A program made the translations under genes and the position numbers. A stretch of DNA of 64,000 nucleotides from Octopus sinensis (taxonomy: Eukaryota): the NCBI RefSeq assembly GCF_006345805.1, contig NC_042997.1, forward strand, positions 126,790,001-126,854,000, read 5' to 3'. Of the stretch, positions 53,355-64,000 are shown piece by piece (the stretch's first letter is position 1; each line of letters opens with the position of its first letter). The notes beneath the pieces are model-generated. The model saw nothing but the letters and a program-made list of their open reading frames with translations. It was not told the origin of the DNA and searched no databases.

Positions 53355-53722
53355 CAAAACAGTGAATATATTACAAATCCCAATTACATAGGAAACCTAC
53401 AAGGCTTTGTAGCTAATAAAAAACAGACATGCGATTAGAGTTGACTATGACAAGTTACGGTATAGTTTCTTGGAACAACATTTCAGCGTCGGAAAAACTA
53501 TTCATTTGAAAGAAACATTTACGAGAGAAGAAAGTAAAAATATATGAATTAATTAAGAGTGATTTCTGGAAGATACTTTACACGACAGTTCACTCAATTT
53601 TATAATGAAAAAATCACATAAACGAAATTGAACAGCATAGTGAAATTACACAAATTTGACATCCCTACAAGGTCTTTTTAATATGGAGTGCAGTTTAAGT
53701 TACGGATACAAGGAATGTACAT

Positions 53723-54180
53723 AAGCGTAGGAGTGGTTGTGTGGTAAGTTGCTTGCTTACCAACCACATGGTTTCGGGTTCAGTCCCACTAGGTGGCCCC
53801 ATGGGCAAGTGTCTTCTATTATAGCCTCGGGCCGACCAAAGCCTTGTGAGTGGATTTGGTAGACAGAAACTGAAAGAAGTCCGTCGTATATAGCATGGCC
53901 GCAGCTCTGAGCTGAAGCTAGAGAGAAAAAAATATATATATGTATGTATGTGTGCGTGTGTGTGTGTGTGTGTGTGTATGCGTTTGTGTGTGTCTGTGTT
54001 TGTCCCCCCAACATCGCTTGGCAACCGATGCTGGTGTGTTTACGTCCCCGTTACTTAGCGGTTCGGCAAAAGAAACCGATAAAATAAGTACTAGGCTTAC
54101 TGGGGCCGATTTGTTCGACTAACGGCGGTGCTCCAGCATGGCCACTGTAAAATCACTGAAACAAAATGAAAGAATGGAAG
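53723..54180 (+). mobile_element. SINE family A
   Basis: Full-length copy. Confidence 0.9.
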
Positions 54181-54252
54181 AATGAAATATTTCCGAATAA
54201 CAAGGAATCTCGACTTGAATCTTAATAAAGTACAGCTTGTATTCTTACATAC

Positions 54253-54398
54253 AGGGCTTGACGTAATATTCATTACACAAGAAGGTATCAAGGAAACTGT
54301 GAGGAAGATTGACACCACCGTAAAACCAGTTGACACCCCTATACCCGTCTGGTATTCACTTACTGTGGAGAATCCCGAACGTGTATCGCTTCGTAGAT
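54253..54398 (-). CDS. Putative exon B (TM1-like)
   Basis: CTTGTAG acceptor, GTATGT donor, 146 nt, open, phase 1 to 0. Hydrophobic GIGVSTGFTVVSIFLTVSLI. Confidence 0.4.
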
Positions 54399-54850
54399 CT
54401 ACAAGACTAAGTAAACTGTCTGAGCATGGAAATTTGTAAACATTTGTGAACTCTGATATTTTGATGTATTTGAGAAAACTGTGTATGTGGATTGATGTCT
54501 ATTATGATAACAACAACAACAACAAATGACAACAACAACGATAACAAGAACAACAGCAACAATAACACAAACACCTACAGCTGACAATAACAATTTATTA
54601 AATAGAGAAAAATGTTATAAGAGCGGCTTATTATAGGTTGTCGGAGTGTTTCATGTAACAACAGTTCGGTGTCAGTAGAACTATTCATTTGAATGAAATA
54701 TTTACGAGAAAAGCTACTGAAAATATATAGCTCTTATATTGATTTAGAGTTGCTTCTGAACAACACATAAGACAAAGTAAAAAGAACTAAAATTCACAAA
54801 GATAGAGAAAACCAGTGAAGACAATAGACATCTTCAGAGAAACACTTAAC

Positions 54851-54934
54851 CAAATACACAACCACTACAAGAGTATAAAGTCAGTATCAACAACGAATGA
54901 CAAACAGAATGAATACGTTGAACAACTGACCAAT
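54851..54934 (-). CDS. Putative exon A
   Basis: CTCAG acceptor after a long pyrimidine tract, GTTAAG donor, 84 nt, open, phase 1 to 1. Confidence 0.3.
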
Positions 54935-54944
54935 CTGAGTTTAG

Positions 54945-55417
54945 GTTGAGGAAGAGGTAACGGGAATAATAATGGAGAAGGACATGGAGGAGGCGAGGAG
55001 GGGAAGAAGAGGAGGAGAAGGAAAAGGAGAAGGAGATGAAGGTATAGAAGGAAAAAGAAAGAGAAGAAGAGGAAGACGAATAGAGGAAGAAGGAGCATAT
55101 GAAGTCATTAAAGAAAAAAGATGAAATGAAGGAGAGAAGAAGAAAAAAGAAAATGAGGAAGAGAGAGAGAGATGAAGACATAGAGGAAAAGGTGAAACGA
55201 AGGAGGAAGGAAGAGGAGAGGAAGAAGAAGAAAGGAGGATAAGGGAAAAGAGAAGAAAAAAGTGAAAGAAAGGAAGAGAAAGTAAATAAGGAGAAGGAGA
55301 GAAAAGGTGGAGCAAGAGAAGATAACACGAAGAAAATAAGAAAGAAGAAGAAGAAGAAGAAGAAGAAGAAGAAGAAGAAGAAGAGAAGAAGAAGAAGAAG
55401 AAGAAGAAGAAGAAGAA
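54945..55417. repeat. Polypurine tract ending in (GAA)n
   Basis: About 470 bp, almost all A/G. Confidence 0.9.
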
Positions 55418-55664
55418 TTTCGCCGGGGTCGATAAAGTAAGTATCAGTTGAGAATCAATAACGGACAGGATGATGCAATCTGTTCAGTTGGTATTGCAGT
55501 AGTGTGAGACACTGGGTTTAACCTATTCGAGTTGGATCCGCAGCTAACTTGTGGCTCCCAAATTGGAAAGGAAATATACAACATAAAACTATGAAATAAA
55601 TAGAACAAATCTATTCATACTTAGAGAAATAGAAGAGGAGGGACTAAATATGAAAAAGAATATA

Positions 55665-56620
55665 TACAAGGGTGGGACAAAATAATGGAAACACCTTAGA
55701 ATTTCAAACAAATTTATTTTAATATGGGGTAGGACCGCCTTTAGCAGTAATTACAGCTTGAATTCAACGCGGTATGGACTAGTACAAAGTTTGAATTGTT
55801 TCCAAAGGAATTTTTCTCCATTCTTCAGCTAAAACTGTCGCCAGTTCTTGTAGTGTTGCTGGTGGAAGATATCGACTCCTTACTTGTTTTTCTAAATGTT
55901 CAATAAATGTTCAATAATATTGAAATCTAGGGACTGTGGTGACCAGATAAGATTTTCAACTTCACTAGAATGTTCATTATGTCATTCAGTAACAACTTTA
56001 GCAAGTGTGAATTGGTGCATTATCATCCTGAAAGATTGCGTTTCCCATAGGATGAATTTGATCAGATAAAATGCTTAAATAATCTTGACTATTAATTCTG
56101 CCATGAAGGGAAACCATTGGGCCGGAGGATTTCCAAGATACAGCATCCCAGATTATCACAGATCCTCCTCCATGTTTAACAGTTGTAAGAAGGTAGTTTG
56201 GGTCAAATGCTTCTATTGGCTGTCTCCACACGTATACTCAGCTTGTGGTCGGAAATAAGGTGAAAGATGACTCATCCGAGAAAATAGCATTCTTCCGCTG
56301 CTCTAGGGACCAGTTGTGTAGGTTTTTACTCCACTCTAAAACCTTTGCAACATTTGTTTTTGAAAGTAGTGGTTTTCTGATTGCAGCCCTCCTGTGAAAT
56401 CCAGCTTTGTGCAGCTCTCGGGGAACAGTTTTTGTGGAAATTAGGTTTTCGAGGTGGTCATTAAGCTCTGCAGTAATTTGGGGAGGTGTACTTTTATGAT
56501 CCTTCCTAACAATTCACGTAAGAGTTCGACGGTCCCTATCTGAAAGTTTTGGTTTTCTTCCGGAGTTTTGCGTTGACGAGGAGATTTTCCCCTCTTTCTC
56601 AAAAGCTGTCATTACTCCAG
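55665..56620 (-). mobile_element. Tc1-family transposon remnant
   Basis: TIR-like TACAAGGGTGGGACAAAATAATGGAAAC. Motifs FSDES, TVKHGGGSVIIW, FQDDNAPIH and WSPQSLDFNIIE. Confidence 0.9.
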
Positions 56621-56708
56621 GTTCGGTGATTATGCGAATAAGAGGTCCAACTCAGGTCATATATCAGCGTGTGTATATATATATATATATTTTTTTTCAG
56701 AATGAGTT

Positions 56709-56780
56709 AAAAAAACCAAGGCTGTGAAGATTTTAGAACATTTATAAATGTTCTAAAATCTTCACAGCCTTGGTTTTTTT
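56709..56780. repeat. Perfect 72-bp spacerless palindrome
   Basis: Centre CATTTA|TAAATG. Imperfect extension to about 56690-56800. Confidence 0.92.
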
Positions 56781-56990
56781 TTTTTATCTCATTCTGAAAA
56801 AAGAATTTATATATATATATGTGAAAATAGTAATGCAATACGAAAGTATTGCTTTCTAGTAAAAGATAGCCCGTAAGGGTAAAATTATACATATAAAAGT
56901 AAATAAACAGTGAAGCTATACAATAGCGTCGTATTTATTACGATCGCTATTTTCCAGTAAATATCGTTACTTCGTTGTACCATTTATTTA

Positions 56991-56994
<4 letters not shown>

Positions 56995-57083
<89 letters not shown>

Positions 57084-57104
57084 ATATATATATATATATA
57101 TATA

Positions 57105-57156
<52 letters not shown>

Positions 57157-57231
57157 ATGTATATATATATGTATATATATATATATATAATATATATATA
57201 TATATTATATGTATATATGTATATATATATG

Positions 57232-57290
<59 letters not shown>

Positions 57291-57293
57291 ATA
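56995..57293. repeat. (TA)n-rich microsatellite
   Basis: About 300 bp. Confidence 0.95.
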
Positions 57294-57463
57294 AACAATT
57301 AATGGTACTACAGGTAGCACCGGCAAGCTAAAAATTGCAGTCAGAAGACAACTACAACCACAAAGTTTCGCTGATACACATTAATTGAAGCCGGGAAAAT
57401 GAGCAAAAATTCTAAAGCCACGGGCCAATAACGAAAAGAATTGTCAAATAAAAAGCCAGACAT

Positions 57464-57522
57464 ACCCGTATCGTTACGATTTCTAACTTTGTGGGAATGC
57501 CAATTAGTTCTCATCAGCGAGT
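57464..57522 (-). ncRNA. Type I hammerhead ribozyme motif
   Basis: ACUCG-CUGAUGA-(GAACU...AGUUA)-GAAA-UCG uaa CGA-UA-CGGGU. Helix I is ACUCG/CGGGU, helix III has 4 bp, and the triplet is AUA. Confidence 0.75.
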
Positions 57523-58404
57523 CTCACTGACACGATGGTCATATAACTTGCCCAGAACTCAAACCTGTGCATTAATGATCTCACTATCTCTACTGTTCCA
57601 CGTAAGGAATGCTAGAAATACCTAGGCATTGATGAAAATATATCATTTGAATGTTCAGTGAATAAAGATAAAGTGACCTTAGAATATTATACCAGACCTA
57701 GAAAAATATGGTGTCGGAACTCTCATCTTACAAGAAAATATCCAACAATGCATTTGCAGTACCAGCATTTGGGATACTTGATTGGTTTGAAGATGAAATC
57801 CACTCCATAAACGTTGTTATAAACCCAAACTCGAATATCAAAGTTGTAAAAGGTTTTAATCGACTAAAAATACAGCAATATACAATACAAACAAAGATTG
57901 CTAAATTGTAAGCAAAACCAAACTTCAACGCAATAACATTTTTATGCAGCGAATTGCTACATTCTAGACTAATGAAAATCAACGCTGAAAATGTCGTCTA
58001 CAAACAACAAAACAGAACTCAGCGCAGTCGCACTGCTGGCATATAACAGCAATCGAGAAATCAAAATCACGTGATCAAAACTAAAATCACAACAAACGTA
58101 TAAGCCCGTAAGATCCTTGCATCAACTGGAAACTTCCATAGAAACAGCGATATCGACAGGCTCTACATAAATAGAGGTGAAGAAGGTAGCGGTTTGAGAT
58201 CGGTGCAGACAGCCTTCGAATGTCCTATAGTCTCTCTCGGACACCACTTGCTAAACAACAGCGTCAATAATAAACTTAGTGCTGAAAAGCGAAGAGAAAC
58301 ATCCTATGTATCAACAGTGAGCTCCTCGGGAAACATTCTCTTACTGATGACTTCCCATACAACCTCAAAACAACCTAACGTACCTCAAAGAGGACCTGTA
58401 TGTG

Positions 58405-58690
58405 AAACGCTCTGCATTGTTTTTTTGTTTTGCGCCCTTTTCAAGCCTAGCCAGGATCATGGGCCCGGTTTCCCGGTTTCTATGGCGTATGTGTCCCCCC
58501 CCCAGTTCGACGTGACGCCAGTCTATCGCAGCCTTACTCAAGAAACAGGAAGAAAGAGAGAGAAAGTTGGGGCGAAACAGTACAACAGGGGTCGCCACCA
58601 CCCCCTGCCGGAGCCTCGTGGAGTTTTAGGTGTTTTCGCTCAATAAACGCACACAACGCCCGGTCTGGGAATCGAAACCGCGATCCTCCG
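58405..58690 (-). mobile_element. SINE family C, 5'-truncated
   Basis: Reverse complement of the 60181 head and core, with a different tail. Confidence 0.8.
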
Positions 58691-59335
58691 GTTTATGCAT
58701 GGGTATGTTCACGGAAGGCTTCATGAAGACAGACAGTAATATCGACACAAAGCGCAGCCTTTCTCGAACTCGTGACAGCAACATCACTTCTCTCTTTGAA
58801 AGCTACCTAATAAAGGAGAGACAGAGAAGGTCTGGAACTCCAAGATGAAGCCAAAAATGTCGATTATGTCGTATTTCTGTGGAAGACATCTCATATGTGA
58901 TTTGTAGCTACTCAAAAATGTCATCAAGGTACTACGTCCCTGTGCTACACGACCTTATCCAAAAGCAATACATAGTGCCATTTGCAAAACAAAGACTCTC
59001 CTGAAATCAATAAAGAAAATCTCTGTTATTGAATGCTTACATAAACACCAACACGCGGAATATTGGTGGAACATTCCCATGAAAACACCTGTCAAGTGTA
59101 AACGTGTAAACGTAACAAGTTAGATATAGTTCTTTGGAGAAAGGAAGAAGAATGTACTGTCATAGAGTTCAGCTGTCCTGCTGACGTGAATATCTATTTG
59201 AAAATTAAAGGGAAAGGTGATAACTATGGACAACTGCTTCGAAACCTCCAGCTTCTATACCCAGGTTATAAATTCATGATAATGTCAATAATAATTGGTG
59301 CCCTTTGTTTTGTGAATAAATATCTAACTGATAAT

Positions 59336-59590
59336 TACTCTTTACTCTTTCACTTGTTTCAGTCATTTGACTGCGGCAATGCTGGAGCTCCGCCTTTAGT
59401 CGAGCAAATCGACCCCAGCACTTAGTCTGTAAGCCTAGTATTTATTCTATCGTACTCTTTTGCCGAACCGCTAAGTTACGGGGATGTAAATACACCAGTA
59501 TCGGTTGTCAAGCGATGTTGGGGGAGGGGGGTTGACAAACACAGACACGCAAACATATACACACACACATGCATACATACATACATACAT
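59336..59590 (-). mobile_element. SINE family A, 3' half
   Basis: Tail and body only. Confidence 0.85.
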
Positions 59591-59640
59591 GCATATATAA
59601 TATATATAATATATATATATTATATATATATATGTATATG

Positions 59641-59691
<51 letters not shown>

Positions 59692-59697
59692 ATATAT

Positions 59698-60097
59698 AGG
59701 CGCAGGAGTGGCTGTGTGGTAAGTAGCTTGCTAACCAACCACATGGTTCCGGTTCAGTCCCACTGCGTGGCACCTTGGGCAAGTGTCTTCTGCTATAGCC
59801 CCGGGCCGACCAATACCTTGTGAGTGGATTTGGTAGACGGAAACTGAAAGAAGCCTGTCGTATATATGTATATATATATATGTATGTGTGTGTGTTTGTG
59901 TGTCCCCCTAGCATTGCTTGACAACCGATGCTGGTGTGTTTACGTCCCCGTCACTTAGCGGTTCGGCAAAAGAGACCGATAGAATAAGTACTGGGCTTAC
60001 AAAGATAAGTCCCGGGGTCGATTTGCTCGACTAAAGGCGGTGCTCCAGCATGGCCGCAGTCAAATGACTGAAACAAGTTAAAGAGTAAAGAGAAAGA
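59698..60097 (+). mobile_element. SINE family A, full length
   Basis: AGGCGCAGGAGTGGCTGTGTGG head through the AAGAGT tail. Confidence 0.92.
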
Positions 60098-60134
<37 letters not shown>

Positions 60135-60180
60135 TATATATATATATATAGATGATGTGTGTGTGTGCGTGTGTGTGTGT

Positions 60181-60475
60181 GGAGGCGCAATGGCTCAGTG
60201 GTTAGGGAAGCGGACTCGCAGTCGTGGGATCGTGGTTTCGATTCCCAGACCGGGCGTTGTGAGTGTTTATTGAGCGAAAACACCTAAAGCTCCACGAGGC
60301 TCCGGCAGGGGGTGGTGGTGATCCCTGCTGTACTCTTTCGCCACAACTTTCTCTCACTCTTTCTTCTGTTGGCCTGCTCGCTTAGCCAGCGAGGTGGCGT
60401 ATTGAAGGCTAAAACAATGCGAAGCGCATTGTGACCACCGATGTGTAGCAACATCTAATAGACTGGTCCGTCACG
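60181..60475 (+). mobile_element. tRNA-derived SINE, family C
   Basis: A box TGGCTCAGTGG and B box GTTTCGATTCC, followed by a non-tRNA body. Confidence 0.85.
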
Positions 60476-60734
60476 AAAAGAAAAAGCATATATACATATG
60501 TATTTCCAAGGAATTTAATGCGCTTGGCTTAGATTTTCCTTTGGGGCTGGCCAGATCGGAGTAATCTCAAGATTAATCAGCCGAAATTGCAAGGATGATC
60601 CGGTGTTTAACTGAAGATTGAAGGCTTCGAATCTCCCGTCCGTGTTTTTTGTATCGTCTAAATGTTTTGCGTTCTTGTCCCAGTTTGTATTTTTTTACAT
60701 ATATATATATATATATATATATACATACATATAT

Positions 60735-60900
60735 ACGACAGGCTTCTTTCAGCTTCCGTTTACCAAATCTACTCACAAGGCTTTGGTCGGCCCAAGACTG
60801 TAGTAGAAGACACTCTCCCTAGGTGCCACGCAGTGGGACTGAACCCGGAACCATATGGTTCGTAAGGAAGCTACTTACCACACACCCACTCCTACACCTA
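60735..60900 (-). mobile_element. SINE family A, 5' half
   Basis: Head and first body segment. May be the partner of 59336-59590. Confidence 0.8.
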
Positions 60901-61740
60901 CAATCTGTATAAGCTAGGATTTTCAGAAAACAGAAATTGACCAAGTCGCACATTACAAATAAAATCTGTAAACAGAACATTAAAAGTGAGCAAGATTTTC
61001 TCTATTTTTAGAATATGAATTTGTATTTGTTATCAACATTCCAACAATGGAGCTTTGTATCATTGTTATAAACCAGCTCCTTCCTCAGAGGAAGAATTCA
61101 AATTAAAACAAGAGAATATACACACCCCCACACACACACACACACATACATACATACATACATGCACGCACGCTCACAGACACAGACACACACACACATA
61201 CATACATACATACATACAGACAGACAGACAGACAGACAGGTAGAGCACCAGTTTTCCGGCACTCTTGGTTTCCCCATCTATTAGAATTCTTCATTTTGCC
61301 GGGTTAACGGAAGGCATGTAACAATAATTCCAGGCATATACCTAGCAGACTGCCGCAACATTATTAACTTCTAAACCTTTGGGACACACCTTTGTTTATT
61401 CGCAAGAAACATTCTTCCAACCCTTCAGCTACAAGAATTTGAATGAAAATGTTAATCTAATGCCTCCTGTTAACTACTGGATCCCCATCGGACTCTCTCC
61501 TGAAAAGTAATTCTGAAAGGTATATATTTATCGTTTCCTCTTTCATACAGAGACGATAATCTCTGCAATGGCTGTAAATCTTCTATTAACTTTTTGCTTT
61601 GCAGAGAGAGGGCCCTCTGGAAGTTACGTTAGCAAGTGGTGTTGCATTTAGTTTTAAACATTTTTATCTTCACATTGTTATAAGTTTGGTACAGGAAGTG
61701 TGTTTCCGATTTCATATGTTACGAGGAAATATACTACAAT

Positions 61741-61913
61741 AGGCATTGGAGTGGCTGTGTGGTAAGTAGCTTGCTTACGAACCACGTGGTTCCGGGTTCA
61801 GTCCCACTGCGTGGCACCTTGGGCAAGTGTCTTCTACTATCGCTTCGGGCCGACCAAAGCCTTGTGAGTGGATTTGGAAGACAGAAACTGAAAGAAGCTC
61901 GTCGTATATATAT

Positions 61914-61950
<37 letters not shown>

Positions 61951-61965
61951 CGTGTGTGCGTATGT

Positions 61966-61997
<32 letters not shown>

Positions 61998-62203
61998 TTG
62001 TGTGTCTGTGTTTGTCCCCCAACGCCGCTTGACAACCGATGCTGGTGTGTTTACGTCCCCGTAACTTAGCTGTTCGGCAAAAGACCGATAGAATAAGTAC
62101 TAGGCTTACAAAGAATAAGTCCAGGGGTCGATTTGCTCGACTAAAGGCGTGTACAGCGTGGCCACAGTCAAATGACTGAAACAAGTAAAAGAGTAAAAGA
62201 GTA
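61741..62203 (+). mobile_element. SINE family A
   Basis: Full-length copy. Confidence 0.92.
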
Positions 62204-62249
62204 AATGTGTGTTGTGAACGCTTGGTGGCGAAAGAGTTATTAGTAAGGA

Positions 62250-62442
62250 TTTCAAATTTTGGCACAAGGCCAGCAATTTCGGGAGCTGGAGTAAATCGAT
62301 TGCGTTGACCCCAGTTCCCAGCTGGTACTTTATCTATCGACCCCGAGAGGATGAAAGGCAAAGTCGACCTCGAAAGGAATTTGAACTCAGAACGTGAAGG
62401 CGGACGAAATACCGGTAAGCATGTTTCCGCCACCTTGCCACC
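62250..62442 (-). mobile_element. SINE family B, alternative-tail subfamily
   Basis: Core plus GCCTTGTGCCAAAATTTGAAA tail. Confidence 0.85.
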
Positions 62443-62692
62443 TTGAAAGAGTTGTTGATATTGGTCACAGCAAATTTAAGAATATTCACATAATTTGTCC
62501 GAATTAAAAGCGGTAGAGAAGCATCCGCTGCCGGGAAATTGACTTCGTATTTTCTTTATATAATTTTAAAATCATTTTATTAAATGCCTTCTTAAATTGA
62601 AATGTCTTAGATTTACTTCTGTGCTATTTCCATCTCCATCTATATTTTTACATTTTCTACTTGACCTTTTTTCCATATATATATATATATAT

Positions 62693-64000
62693 GGAAAAAA
62701 AAAGTCAAGATAGCAAATGCTAAAATAATTTTATAAAAAACATTTCAGTACCGTTTTCAGTCATTGAGACTTTTTCAACTGTAAGTATGGAAAACAATTA
62801 AATTTTGGAAAAATTAAAAGAAAAGTTTTTCTGAAAGAATATTTGCATAGTATTCAAATACAAGGGGCATTAAAAATTTGGTATATACTCAAAATATTCA
62901 AAGAAGTTTATCCTTCTGTTAAAATTTCATTCTTAATAATCTTCTTGATTAACCTAAATTTTAACTTTATACAATAAGACAATATTGTTTGAAATGATCT
63001 TTAGAAATTATTTGATTTATCTCTTTCTTAAATGGCTCTACCCTCCTAATCTTAGTATTTATAAGGCCCTTTATATAAATAACCCTTCTAAACAAGTACC
63101 ACTAAGAAACTATAAATATCATGTAGGGAGTAACAATATTAAATTCTTAAACCTATAATATAACCCTTAGTTTCTAAAAAAAGATTAGTGTAAAATATGA
63201 TTGTTCCATAACTTAAATATTCCTTTAGCCGATACCAGACATCAGTCTTTTATTGACATTAACTAAATAAATAAATATATAATTTTTAGTCTAATATATT
63301 TTGAATTACTATACTTTTTCTCAAAATCTTCTCTATTGGTGTTAATAAGCTACACATACTTTGCCATAGTATTAGTAATTAAGCCATTTTATTTCCTTTT
63401 CTATGGTGTTCTGCTCAACTTGATTATTTTATATTCTTTATCATTTTATAATTAGCCGTTATTTATTTATAAAATTAATCTAATTTTTGTATCTCTATAA
63501 ATTCATATTTAGCTTATATAAAACTATACTGGTATATTCACTACTTATAAAAAAATACTGCTTAGGTTAAAATTCTATTAAATATATAATTAGCATGTTC
63601 CTTTACCCCAATAATCCTTTATTAATACCAGTATATAACAATTAATTAATATTCACAGATACCATCTGATGAGTTAGTATTTAAGTATACAATATGTATA
63701 ATATTAAACTATTTCTGGATAATTTCTTTTCCTCCTTCTATTATGGTAAAGTATTCATAAATTTCTATCCTTTTGTTATAATATTCTTCTTAATAATCCT
63801 TTGGATAACCCTAAACTTTATCTGTATATAATATAGCAACATTGTTTAAAATATTAAGTTTAGTACCACATGATAAGACTTTCCCTGTTTCATTATCAAT
63901 AGTCTGCTAGTGGGCGACCCCTTTAATTATCAGCTAATATCTTGTTTTTAAGTTTTCCCTTACTAAACCTCATGATATTGCTTATAATAAATCTTGATTT
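62693..64000 (-). mobile_element. Degraded Penelope-like element (RT and GIY-YIG remnants, hammerhead-bearing terminus)
   Basis: IIYR*SLG (YRDDGL-like), FLSGTCLEGLFI*RA (CPLxGxCL..VxYxA-like) and CPLYL. The hammerhead lies at its 3' end. Confidence 0.5.
62746..62781 (-). ncRNA. Minimal hammerhead motif with a U3-A8 core variant
   Basis: CAG-UUGAAAA-(AGUC ucaau GACU)-GAAA-ACG-GUA-CUG. Confidence 0.6.

Larger units (their letters stand above)
57560..61120 (+). mobile_element. R4-clade LINE (same type as 2650-4050), interrupted by SINEs, ending at (CA)/(CATA)n
   Basis: KYLGIDEN, IDRLYINRGEEGSGL, YWWNIPMKT, VIEFSCPADVN and IIIGAL. The ORF resumes at about 60900 (NLYKLGF..KSVNRTLKVSKIF). Confidence 0.8.

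Noticed and set aside
54253-54398. Alternative frame STKRYTFGILHSK*IPDGYRGVNWFYGG as a selenoprotein
   Set aside because: No family match or SECIS evidence. The other frame is open and phase-compatible.
54846-55328. F/S/L-rich membrane-protein ORFs
   Set aside because: Translation of a polypyrimidine low-complexity tract.
60181-60255. tRNA gene
   Set aside because: The tRNA-like head continues into a SINE body shared with other copies, and there is no clean acceptor stem or terminator.

Overview
AT-rich, repeat-saturated eukaryotic genomic DNA. The tRNA-derived SINE families and the microsatellite load are most consistent with an octopus/coleoid cephalopod genome (inference from recalled repeat families, not a database search). 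No intact transposon ORF or complete host gene is present, and most of the supplied ORFs are microsatellite artefacts. The window holds three SINE families, R4/Dong, HERO, RTE and possibly CRE LINE remnants, Penelope-like elements (PLEs), mariner, Tc1, pogo and hAT remnants, a Helitron, a HINE/DINE-like element and MITEs. Most notable signals: (1) at least five hammerhead-ribozyme-like motifs of unrelated sequence, each pointing into a nearby (TA)n tract, including long-helix-II and U3-A8 core variants; (2) two apparent microsatellite-specific R4-clade lineages, one in a co-oriented (TAA)n pile-up at 41-51.6 kb and one whose 3' ends all abut (CATA)n; (3) SINE multimers with the same two internal junctions at two loci; (4) a phase-consistent chain of minus-strand exons resembling a divergent class-B/adhesion GPCR; (5) several palindromes and templated duplications.
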